The notes under the pieces were generated by a model that did not search any database, had not been told where the DNA came from, and saw only the letters and a list, made by a program, of their open reading frames with translations. Of a DNA stretch of 64,000 bases, positions 48,222 through 56,371 are shown piece after piece; position 1 is the first letter of the stretch, and each line of letters opens with the position of its first letter. The DNA is from an uncultured delta proteobacterium (GTDB lineage Bacteria > Desulfobacterota > Binatia > UBA9968). The position numbers and the translations under genes are program-made. The stretch lies in NCBI GenBank assembly GCA_963771465.1, contig CAVYTU010000014.1:1-64000 (forward strand). The letters run 5' to 3'.

Positions 48222-49250
48222 TCAGAATTCTTCGCGATAAAGATCGAGTGCCTTCAGCGCCGGCGCGTCGCTCATGGAGAACAGAATCGCGTCATCGGTT
48301 GACGAATTGACATGGTGGTGCGCGTACCAGAGCGGCACGACGAAGGTGTCGCCTTGCCGCCAGTCGAAATGCCGCTCGCCGATCTGCGTCGCGCCTCGTC
48401 CGCGAAATACATGGTACATCACCGTACTGGTGTGACGGTGCGATTCCGTCGCGACTTTCGCCGGGAGCAATTGAACCGCGCACTGAATCGTCGTCATCGT
48501 CGGTCCACCGGTAACCGGATTGCGATATTCAAGTAAATAACCGTCAAAACGATTTCGTGCGTCCGTTGATTTCCTCAACCCCGTGAGCGCCGGCTCGGTG
48601 TCGCGCCACTTGTAGTGGAAAAAATCGGCGCGCGGCAATCCGTCGCGCATCGAACTGCCGGGCTGATCCATTACGACTTCGCTACTCATCTCGATCGCCT
48701 GGCGCCGTTCGGCGAAGCGCTCCTGCATCACTTGGTGCAGCGCCGTGATTAGCGGAAAATCCAAACCGTCGAGCCAAAGCATCGGTTCGGTCGTATCGTT
48801 GGAATGATCATGCCAGGTGAGCTTCGGCGTGAGAATCAAATCGCCGGGCTCCATGACGCATTGTTGGCCGTTGACCGTGGTGTAGGCGCCTTTACCTTGG
48901 ATAACGAAACGCAGCGCCGCCGGCGTGTGGCGGTGCGCCCGCGCGTTTTCGCCGGGCTTGACGTATTGGAATGAGATTTGAATCGTATGGGTCGCAAAGC
49001 CGTGCTTTTGATCGAGTCCCGGATTGACCAGCCGCACCACGCGCCGCTCGCTGTTCTCCAAGCTGATCACTTCGCCCGCGCGCACCAGACTCTCGTGCAC
49101 ATCGGCCCACTTCCACAGACAAGGTTCGACAGTGGTCATCGGATGATTCGGCAACCCTTCCATGCCGAGCCGCCAATAACCCGAGAGATTTTTCCCCACC
49201 ATGTCGCGGTCGAGAAGGATGATGCTATCGGTTTGAGCTGTTTGTTTCAT
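48222..49250 (-). CDS. Gentisate 1,2-dioxygenase-like bicupin
   Basis: ERRVVRLVNPG, AHRHTPAALRF, WHDH, WLDGLD.P, NPVTGG, HRHTS. Confidence 0.9.
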   Translation of the reverse strand: MKQTAQTDSIILLDRDMVGKNLSGYWRLGMEGLPNHPMTTVEPCLWKWADVHESLVRAGEVISLENSERRVVRLVNPGLDQKHGFATHTIQISFQYVKPGENARAHRHTPAALRFVIQGKGAYTTVNGQQCVMEPGDLILTPKLTWHDHSNDTTEPMLWLDGLDFPLITALHQVMQERFAERRQAIEMSSEVVMDQPGSSMRDGLPRADFFHYKWRDTEPALTGLRKSTDARNRFDGYLLEYRNPVTGGPTMTTIQCAVQLLPAKVATESHRHTSTVMYHVFRGRGATQIGERHFDWRQGDTFVVPLWYAHHHVNSSTDDAILFSMSDAPALKALDLYREEF

Positions 49251-49289
49251 AGCCAACGACCTCTGGACTGCTTTAGTAACACTTGGTTC

Positions 49290-49372
49290 TCACCACGAAG
49301 GCATGAAGGAAAGAGGGCGCGATCAATCGCCCCCACGAAATCAATTTCCTTTGCTCCCTTGCGCTTTTGGCG
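49290..49372. repeat. Degenerate CACGAAG-type element, copy 3
   Basis: tcaccacgaaggcatgaagg...cctttgctcccttgcgcttttggcg. Confidence 0.55.
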
Positions 49373-49400
49373 TCAATTCTCCGATTCCGAATCTTCTTCC

Positions 49401-49445
49401 GTCAACGATTTGAACGGCTTGAACGGTTGGAACGACTGGAACGAA
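49401..49445. repeat. Five 9-nt tandem units (TTGAACG), copy 2
   Basis: gtcaacgat ttgaacggc ttgaacggt tggaacgac tggaacgaa. Confidence 0.82.
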
Positions 49446-49454
49446 CTTTCTCCG

Positions 49455-50087
49455 CTATTTCCCAGCCACCGATCGCGGCGGGATCGGCTGATTGTAAATC
49501 ATATCCACCCACATCGGCTGATACGCCGCGACGAAGCCGTTCTTGTAGGCGTTGCCGCAGTAATGCGCCGGCTTGAGTTTATCCCAGACGATTTTGCCGC
49601 TCGGCTCGATACAGTCTTCGTCCACCGACGCCGCGACAACTTTTCCGACGACCATCAGCCGGTGCAGCCACTGCTTGGTCCATTCCACTTTGCATTCAAA
49701 ATGGCTGCGGCACTCGGCGATGCGCGGCGGCTTGACCCACTTGGAAGGTATCGCCGTCAGTCCGGCTTTCTCCAATTCGTTCACCCGCGGTGGAAAATCC
49801 AAGCCGACGACTCTGACTTTCTCTAGAATCTCCCGTTCGAAGGGCGGCACGTTGACGACAAACTCAGAAGTCGCCAGCACGTTGTGCGCCGTGTCCTTGG
49901 GCGCGCCGACGGTGAAAGAAATATACACCGGATCGTGACAGACCCGCACGCAGGTGCCAAAAGACGCCGCGTTCACTCGGCCCGCTTCGTCCACTGTAGT
50001 GATCATGACGAGACACGCGCTCGGCGCGAACAGTTTATCCCAATGCTCGCTCGGCACGTCGACTTTGTTTACCGCGTTCATAGTCAT
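49455..50087 (-). CDS. Flavin reductase-like FMN-binding protein
   Basis: ITTVDEAGRVNAASF, DTAHNV...EFVVN, PPRIAEC..HFECK. Confidence 0.9.
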   Translation of the reverse strand: MTMNAVNKVDVPSEHWDKLFAPSACLVMITTVDEAGRVNAASFGTCVRVCHDPVYISFTVGAPKDTAHNVLATSEFVVNVPPFEREILEKVRVVGLDFPPRVNELEKAGLTAIPSKWVKPPRIAECRSHFECKVEWTKQWLHRLMVVGKVVAASVDEDCIEPSGKIVWDKLKPAHYCGNAYKNGFVAAYQPMWVDMIYNQPIPPRSVAGK

Positions 50088-50189
50088 TCCTCCCGTCGCA
50101 AGGTATTCATGTTGCGCCAACTCTGCCGACAATCGCCCAGCGCCCGTGATCGGCTGGCGTATGCCGAGAAACTTGAGCGCCGCTTTCGG

Positions 50190-50220
50190 ACCTTGAACAT
50201 TGAACCCTTGATCCTTGAAT
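50190..50220. repeat. 7/8-nt TTGAAC tandem units
   Basis: accttgaacattgaacccttgatccttgaat; related to 60357-60409. Confidence 0.6.
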
Positions 50221-50225
50221 GAAAT

Positions 50226-51302
50226 TTAAGGATGCACATCTTCGAGAAACCAATCCGTGGGAATCTCGCGCCCGACTCGTGCTTCCCGCGCCCGCGCTAA
50301 AACTTCACTCCCGACAGCGGCGAACTGAAGACCGAGACCGACATTATTGCAAAAGCAACTTATCGAATTGTCCTTCACCCGTCCCGGATGTTGACCGTTG
50401 ACCAGCTGCGATATCGTCGGCAAGTCCCAAATCGCCGCATCTTCACGGGTGAGCGGATGGGGCCAACCTTCGGCGATATCGGGTATCGACTGCGGATCGA
50501 CGCCGATGGCGATTTGAAACGGCTTGGCCTCGTGCCAGTGAATGATCAGCGGATCGGCTCGCTTGTAAGTCAGCGCATCGAGCTCGCAAGGCTTGACGCA
50601 TGACACATGCATGCCCGGCTGTAATAGCTCGCCGGAAAACAACGCGGAGATAGAATTGGTCGTGCAGATCACCATGTCCGCGTCTTTAATAGCTTCCGCG
50701 GCACTGCTTGATTCAATCAACTCCGCCGATACTTTGCCTCTCCACTCTTCAACGAACTTGCGCCGCGACTCCGGTGTCGGACTAAAAACTTTCACTCGCT
50801 TTAGATCGCGAATCATCGCCATCGTCACCAGATGCGCGCTCGCCTGCCAGCCCGAACCGAGCAAAGCCATTGTGGTGGAATTCTTCCGCGCCAGGTAGCG
50901 CGCCGCGATCGCGCTGGCGCCGGCGACCCGCAGTTTCTGCACGTAGCCATCGGGGAAAATCGCCAGAGGCTCGCCGGTCTCGGTGCTGAAGAGCATCACC
51001 AATCCAACATAACGATTGCCGCCCGCGACCGGCAACTTGTCTTTGCGCACGCCGCCGGCTTTCTCGTACCATTTCACCACGCTGGAGTTGAGCCTGAGCG
51101 CGGCGATGTTACGGTTCGGTAACACGCCGCTCATGGTTTTGTATTCATAGAACTCATTCGGCTTGGTTGGACTGAAAACATCGTACCGCGGCACCGTCGC
51201 GGCCATGCCGTTGCCGAGATCGCGGTACGCATCTTCGAGCACGTCGAGACAGGCGCCGACGGGAAGAATTTTTTCGATGTCTTCATTGGAGAGTATCAGC
51301 AT
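50226..51302 (-). CDS. Ornithine cyclodeaminase / mu-crystallin family protein
   Basis: LFSTETGEPLA, LRVAGASA, GSGWQA, N.VGLGLQFAA. Confidence 0.9.
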   Translation of the reverse strand: MLILSNEDIEKILPVGACLDVLEDAYRDLGNGMAATVPRYDVFSPTKPNEFYEYKTMSGVLPNRNIAALRLNSSVVKWYEKAGGVRKDKLPVAGGNRYVGLVMLFSTETGEPLAIFPDGYVQKLRVAGASAIAARYLARKNSTTMALLGSGWQASAHLVTMAMIRDLKRVKVFSPTPESRRKFVEEWRGKVSAELIESSSAAEAIKDADMVICTTNSISALFSGELLQPGMHVSCVKPCELDALTYKRADPLIIHWHEAKPFQIAIGVDPQSIPDIAEGWPHPLTREDAAIWDLPTISQLVNGQHPGRVKDNSISCFCNNVGLGLQFAAVGSEVLARAREARVGREIPTDWFLEDVHP

Positions 51303-51594
51303 GCAAACCTCCTGCATTATTCCCGCTGCGCGAGCTAGAATTGCAAATTCCTAGTCTGGAATCTGGAATCTGTCATTTGCACTTCCGAGCAAGGCGAGGA
51401 CGCGCCGCCATTGTTAGTGCCGTGACGATTGTTTTTCAAGTCGCGCCTCGGCACAAGAGAATTTGACAACGGACCTTCAAGTAACCGATATTGATATGCG
51501 TTTCGGTTCAAAATTTCCGGATAACCTTGGCAGATAGATCAATAAGGAGTTCTCGGATTACCAATCTCACTTACCAGCTGTAAAGGAGATCAAT

Positions 51595-52668
51595 ATGAAA
51601 TTCTCGAAGGTCCTGTCACTCGCGCCGTGCGGCCTATTAAGTTTCTTGATCGCTTTTTCAGGTTGGGCTGCCGACTACCCGACGCCGAAGGAAGGAAGCT
51701 GGACGGTGCGTGATTTTCAATTTCACACCGGCGAAACGCTGCCCGAGCTGCACTTGAATTACATCACGCTCGGCGATCCGGCTGGAGAGCCGGTATTGCT
51801 TCTGCACGGCACGGGCGGCTCCGGAACGAATTTTCTCAGTAACGATTTCGCCGGCGAATTATTCGGCGCCGGACAGCCTCTTGACGCCAAGCGATACTTC
51901 ATCATCATTCCGGACGCCATCGGGGCGGGTAAATCATCGAAGCCGTCCAATGGTTTGCGAATGAACTTTCCCCGTTACAGCTCTGACGATCTGGTACGAG
52001 CCAACTATCGTCTTGTAACCGAACACCTCGGCGTGCGTCGCTTGCGCCTGCTTATGGGGAGCTCGGGAGGATGCATGCAAGCCTGGATTTGGGGCATTAC
52101 GTATCCGGACTTCATGGAAACGCTCGTGCCACTGGCCTGCATGCCCGTCGAATTGAGCGGTCGCAATTGGATGACACGGCGCATGATGATCGAATCGATC
52201 CGCAGCGATCCGGAGTGGAACAGCGGCAATTATACCAAGCAGCCGCGCAGTCTACAGTTGGCGCAAACTTTTTTTAGTATCACCACCAGCGGCGGCACTC
52301 GAGCGTTGCAGAAGGCGGCGCCGACGAGGGAAAAAGCCGATCAACTCGTGAATCAGCGACTCGCGCAGCCGGCACGAGCCGACGCCAACGATCTGATCTA
52401 TCAATACGAGTCGGCGCGCGACTACAACCCGACGCCCAAACTGGAGAGCATCAAAGCACGCGTGCTCGCGATCAATGCAGAAGACGATGAGCGCAATCCG
52501 ATAGAGTTGGGAATCATGGAGCGAGAAATCAAACGCGTCGCACAAGGCCGCTATGTGCTAATCACCGCCAGTGATCAAACCGCCGGCCACGGCACCACCG
52601 GCAGAGCGAAGTGGTGGAAGCAGCATCTGGCGGAGTTTCTACGATCGACGACACACGCGGCCAAGTAG
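51595..52668 (+). CDS. Exported homoserine O-acetyltransferase-like alpha/beta hydrolase
   Basis: AAGGAG RBS, signal peptide, HGTGG, GSSGG nucleophile, DDERN, GHGT. Confidence 0.85.
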   Translation: MKFSKVLSLAPCGLLSFLIAFSGWAADYPTPKEGSWTVRDFQFHTGETLPELHLNYITLGDPAGEPVLLLHGTGGSGTNFLSNDFAGELFGAGQPLDAKRYFIIIPDAIGAGKSSKPSNGLRMNFPRYSSDDLVRANYRLVTEHLGVRRLRLLMGSSGGCMQAWIWGITYPDFMETLVPLACMPVELSGRNWMTRRMMIESIRSDPEWNSGNYTKQPRSLQLAQTFFSITTSGGTRALQKAAPTREKADQLVNQRLAQPARADANDLIYQYESARDYNPTPKLESIKARVLAINAEDDERNPIELGIMEREIKRVAQGRYVLITASDQTAGHGTTGRAKWWKQHLAEFLRSTTHAAK

Positions 52669-52710
52669 AATGCCGCGGGAGAGATCACATAAAGATCGAG
52701 GCGCAACGCC

Positions 52711-53094
52711 ATGAAATGGTCGTTGAGATCAAAATCGGCTAAGGGAATAGTTGATCATTTGACACCAGAGGAAAACGAAAAGCCAATGGCCTCTGCGAGA
52801 ATTTACGGTGCGTGGGGTGCTATCACTGGTGGGATTCCCATCGGATTACTGACGGGTCTTTTTAACGATCTTGTATTAATGATGGGTTTTCCGAATGATC
52901 TCACAATGGTTATTGCTGCGATATTGGTGACGGCACACGTAGTTTGCATACCGCTTTGCTTCAGATGGCAAAAGAAGTTTCTGTGCTCATCCCAGTGGGC
53001 GAGACAACACGGTTTCCGTCCGGAACTCCTGAGAGTATTTGAGTTCAGACGTGCCCGCCTAATTCGCTCGCTGCACTCTACGGACGCAAGATAA
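52711..53094 (+). CDS. Hypothetical membrane protein (two hydrophobic segments), AT-richer than its flanks
   Basis: ORF fills the gap; atypical composition. Confidence 0.55.
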   Translation: MKWSLRSKSAKGIVDHLTPEENEKPMASARIYGAWGAITGGIPIGLLTGLFNDLVLMMGFPNDLTMVIAAILVTAHVVCIPLCFRWQKKFLCSSQWARQHGFRPELLRVFEFRRARLIRSLHSTDAR

Positions 53095-53147
53095 ATCCAC
53101 TCGATGCCGCAGCCGACTCGCGAGTTTCAAAGCCATTCTCCCCAGCC

Positions 53148-54464
53148 ATGACCATGCATCCCAAGCCGACTGGCGCGATGACCCAGCCGCGTTTTTTCTA
53201 CGGCTGGTACATCGTCGGTGTCGGGATTCTCGTTAACATCGCCGGTACCTTCGCCTTTTCCAGCACGCTGAGTATTTTTTTGAAACCGATCACCGAAGAG
53301 CTGGGCGTTTCGCGCGGGGCATTTTCGCTGATTCGGACTTTTGAGATCGGTGTTGCCGCGCTTATCGTGCCGCTATTAGGTTCTTGGATCGATCGCCATG
53401 GTGGGCGCGGCGTGCTCGTTCTCGGCGTTTTGATGGAAGGCGCGGGCCTCTTGCTTTCAAGTCTGGTGCAAAGTTTTTGGCAGTTCGCTTTGGTCCGCTG
53501 CTCGCTTGTGATCGCCGGCGAGGCGCTGCTCGGCTCACTGGTCATCAACGTCACCATCGCCCAATGGTTCGTGCGCAAGCGCGGCCGTGCCATGGGAATT
53601 GCCAACCTGGGAACTGGCATTGCGAAGTTGAGCATCCCGATCGCAGCAGCGTGGCTGTTCGTTCTTGTCGGCTGGCGCAACACCTGGGCGATATTTGGCA
53701 TCGTCGCGCCGCTGTTGGTGGTGGCTCCGGCGTTGATCTTCGTACGCCGGCAGCCGGAAGACTTAGGTCTTCGCCCGGATGGCGACTCGCCGCATCAAAC
53801 AGGTGACGAGCCGCCGGCAACTTCAAGCAACGCGGACCTGCGCCAAACGAGCGATGCAAGTATATGGACTCGATCCGATGTGATCCGACTGCCGACCTTC
53901 TGGGTTCTGGTCATCACATTCGGCATCGCCAGTGTCGGCATCGCCGGTTTGAATCTCCATATATTTTCTTACGTCACCGACATCGGACATTCGCCGCTGG
54001 TTGCCGCGTCGTTCATGAGCACCATCGCTCTCACCCAACTCGGCTCGACGCTGCTGTGGGGCATGCTCGCCGACAAGTTCGATATCAGAAAAGTTTCTTG
54101 TTTTCAGTTTCTGATTCAAGGCGTGGGGCTGATCACGGCGATCTCAAGCAGTGACCTTCAGCTGACCTATGTCGGCTTTTTCCTCTACGGCACGGGACTG
54201 GCGGGAAGTTTTGTTTTGCGCGAAGTAATCTGGGCTAATTTCTTTGGGCGAAATTCCCTCGGCACCGTGCGCGGCCTGTCGATGTTTTTCTCTCACCTGT
54301 TCGCCGCCAGCGGCGCGCCGTTCTTCGGTTTTCTGCATGACCGCACCGGCAGCTACGATCTCTCTTTCACGCTGTTTTCCTGCGCGCTTTTCACTTCGGC
54401 GTTTTTAGTGCTGCTGGCAAAGCCGCCACGGTTGACCAATAACTCGGAACCCGCGCGCTTGTAA
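53148..54464 (+). CDS. MFS transporter (OFA/MCT-like)
   Basis: FFYGWYIV, G.WIDRHG.R, WFVRKRGRAMG, RRQPEDLGLRPDG. Confidence 0.92.
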   Translation: MTMHPKPTGAMTQPRFFYGWYIVGVGILVNIAGTFAFSSTLSIFLKPITEELGVSRGAFSLIRTFEIGVAALIVPLLGSWIDRHGGRGVLVLGVLMEGAGLLLSSLVQSFWQFALVRCSLVIAGEALLGSLVINVTIAQWFVRKRGRAMGIANLGTGIAKLSIPIAAAWLFVLVGWRNTWAIFGIVAPLLVVAPALIFVRRQPEDLGLRPDGDSPHQTGDEPPATSSNADLRQTSDASIWTRSDVIRLPTFWVLVITFGIASVGIAGLNLHIFSYVTDIGHSPLVAASFMSTIALTQLGSTLLWGMLADKFDIRKVSCFQFLIQGVGLITAISSSDLQLTYVGFFLYGTGLAGSFVLREVIWANFFGRNSLGTVRGLSMFFSHLFAASGAPFFGFLHDRTGSYDLSFTLFSCALFTSAFLVLLAKPPRLTNNSEPARL

Positions 54465-54483
54465 GGATTGAAATCATTTGCTT

Positions 54484-55431
54484 ATGCTCGGAAACATGAT
54501 CCAAAGAATATTTGTTTTTGTCGTGGTGTCGGCGATACTTTCTGGAATTCCGCTTTCAGCGCAATCCAACAAGATCCACATCTCCGCGCCGTCAAAATCG
54601 CTGTCGTGGTTCCCGATTCATCTCACCCGGGAAAAGGGTTTTTATCGCGCCGAGGGTCTGGATGTCGACTATGTCATCATGAAACCGCAAATCGCCATGC
54701 AGGCGTTGATCGCCGGCGATGTCGGCTACACCACTGCGCTCGGTTCGACGATCCGCGCGGCGCTGCGCAATGTGCCGCTCCGCGTCGTCATGACCATCGC
54801 CGATAAGCCGCTGTTCGCTCTCATGGCTCGGCCGTCGATCGATTCAGTGGAAGAATTGCGCGGGAAACTGATCGGTATTTCATCCTTCGGCGCCAGCACC
54901 GACACCTACGCCCGCGCGCTGCTGCGCCGCTTTAAGTTAATCCCGAATCAAGACGTCAAGATTATCGCCCTCGGCGGCGGCATGAATCGGATCGCCGCCA
55001 TGGAAGCCGGCGCCATCGATGCGGCGCTCATCGAGGCGCCGTACAACGTCATGCTCGAGCGCAAAGGTTTCCGCAAGATTCTTTTTGTCGGCGACTTGAT
55101 TCCGTCGCCGTTGGCCGGCTTCGGCACGCGATTGGAAAAGATCCAGAAGCAACCTGATGAAGTGCAGCGGCTGGTGCGCGCCACGCTGCGCGGCATTCAG
55201 TTCGCCAAGGCAAACAAGCAGGAAAGCGTCCGCTCGATCATGAAATGGACCGACATGGATCAAGGATTGGCCGAGGGAAGCTACGAGATGGCGGCCGCGA
55301 GCTGGTCGAACAGCGGCGCGGCCAGTCCGCAGGGAATACAAATCGCTATGGAAGAAATTCGCGCCGAACTAAAACTCGAGGCTCCACCCGACCCGTCGAG
55401 GGCGTTCGAGTGGAGCTTCGTGCAGAGATGA
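54484..55431 (+). CDS. SsuA/NMT1-type ABC substrate-binding protein; start approximate
   Basis: EKGFYRAEGLDV, ELRGKLIGISSFGA. Confidence 0.88.
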   Translation: MLGNMIQRIFVFVVVSAILSGIPLSAQSNKIHISAPSKSLSWFPIHLTREKGFYRAEGLDVDYVIMKPQIAMQALIAGDVGYTTALGSTIRAALRNVPLRVVMTIADKPLFALMARPSIDSVEELRGKLIGISSFGASTDTYARALLRRFKLIPNQDVKIIALGGGMNRIAAMEAGAIDAALIEAPYNVMLERKGFRKILFVGDLIPSPLAGFGTRLEKIQKQPDEVQRLVRATLRGIQFAKANKQESVRSIMKWTDMDQGLAEGSYEMAAASWSNSGAASPQGIQIAMEEIRAELKLEAPPDPSRAFEWSFVQR

Positions 55432-55461
55432 AACTGAAAGATGCTTAGGAGTTAGCGGCAA

Positions 55462-55740
55462 TCAAGAATTGCGCTGCTTCATCTTCTCGAGTAATTCCTT
55501 AACCGACGTGCGGGTGATTTCCCGTTGAAACTGAGCGCGGAAGTTGCTCACCAAACTGACATGCTCGATCACCATGTCGTAGACTTTCCACTGACCATTG
55601 ACGTCATGCAGACGATAATCGATGGCGGTTTCTGAGCCGCTACCCACGACCTTGGTTTCGACGCTGGCAAAGCCTCCGTCGAGAGCTTCGCGCTTGAACT
55701 GAATTTTTTTCGTCGCCATTGGTTCGAACGGTTCGACCAT
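55462..55740 (-). pseudogene. C-terminal fragment of an MlaC/Ttg2D phospholipid-binding protein
   Basis: IDYRLH...WKVYDMVIEHVSLVSNFRAQF; signal peptide and N-terminal half absent. Confidence 0.78.
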
Positions 55741-55817
55741 AGGTCACCAGTGCGCAGGCCGCTTGTCGGGAGCCACAACTTTGCTTAATATGCCCGGCAG
55801 ATTGGAGGTTATGCGAA

Positions 55818-56258
55818 GTGTATTATTTCGCCTATGGCTCGAACATGAATTGGCAGCAAATGCAGCGCCGCTGCCCATCGGCGCAGTTTGTCTGCGTCGC
55901 TCGCTTGTCCAACTATCAGTTTGGCATCACGCGCCATTCACGGCTGCGCAATTGTGGCACCGCAAATGTCTATCCCAACGCAGACGCGGCAGTTTGGGGT
56001 ATCGTATACGAGGTGAGCGAAGCTGACCTAATTGTGATGGATGGTTTCGAAGACGGTTATCGCCGCGAATTTTTGTCAGTCAGCCCGTTGAGCGACGGCG
56101 CGCCATCGATTACCGTATTAGTTTACGTCGCTGAGATCGAACTGAACGTCCCCTTGCCCAATACCGAGTACAAACGGATCATGCTCGAAGGCGCCGAACA
56201 TTGGGCGCTACCGCCAGCGTATTTGTCGATGCTCGAGGCAATTTCAACCGCAAAATGA
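55818..56258 (+). CDS. Gamma-glutamylcyclotransferase (AIG2-like)
   Basis: YFAYGSNM, VWGIVYE, MDGFE. Confidence 0.9.
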   Translation: MYYFAYGSNMNWQQMQRRCPSAQFVCVARLSNYQFGITRHSRLRNCGTANVYPNADAAVWGIVYEVSEADLIVMDGFEDGYRREFLSVSPLSDGAPSITVLVYVAEIELNVPLPNTEYKRIMLEGAEHWALPPAYLSMLEAISTAK

Positions 56259-56371
56259 TTGGCGTTTGACGCGTGTTTGGCGAAACGCGTCAGACGATTT
56301 CAAATCGCACAAACATCGATAGACATGGTTTCGGTCGTGCGCTAAGATCGCGCAGTCGGTCACTGCGTAAC

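Noticed and set aside
14476-49445. Possible CRISPR or other guide arrays
   Set aside because: Units are 7-9 nt with no unique spacers, and there is no cas or other nuclease gene
48978-49826. 282-aa plus-strand ORF containing LNGLNGWNDWN
   Set aside because: Antisense to two real genes; the peptide repeat is the translated 9-nt DNA array
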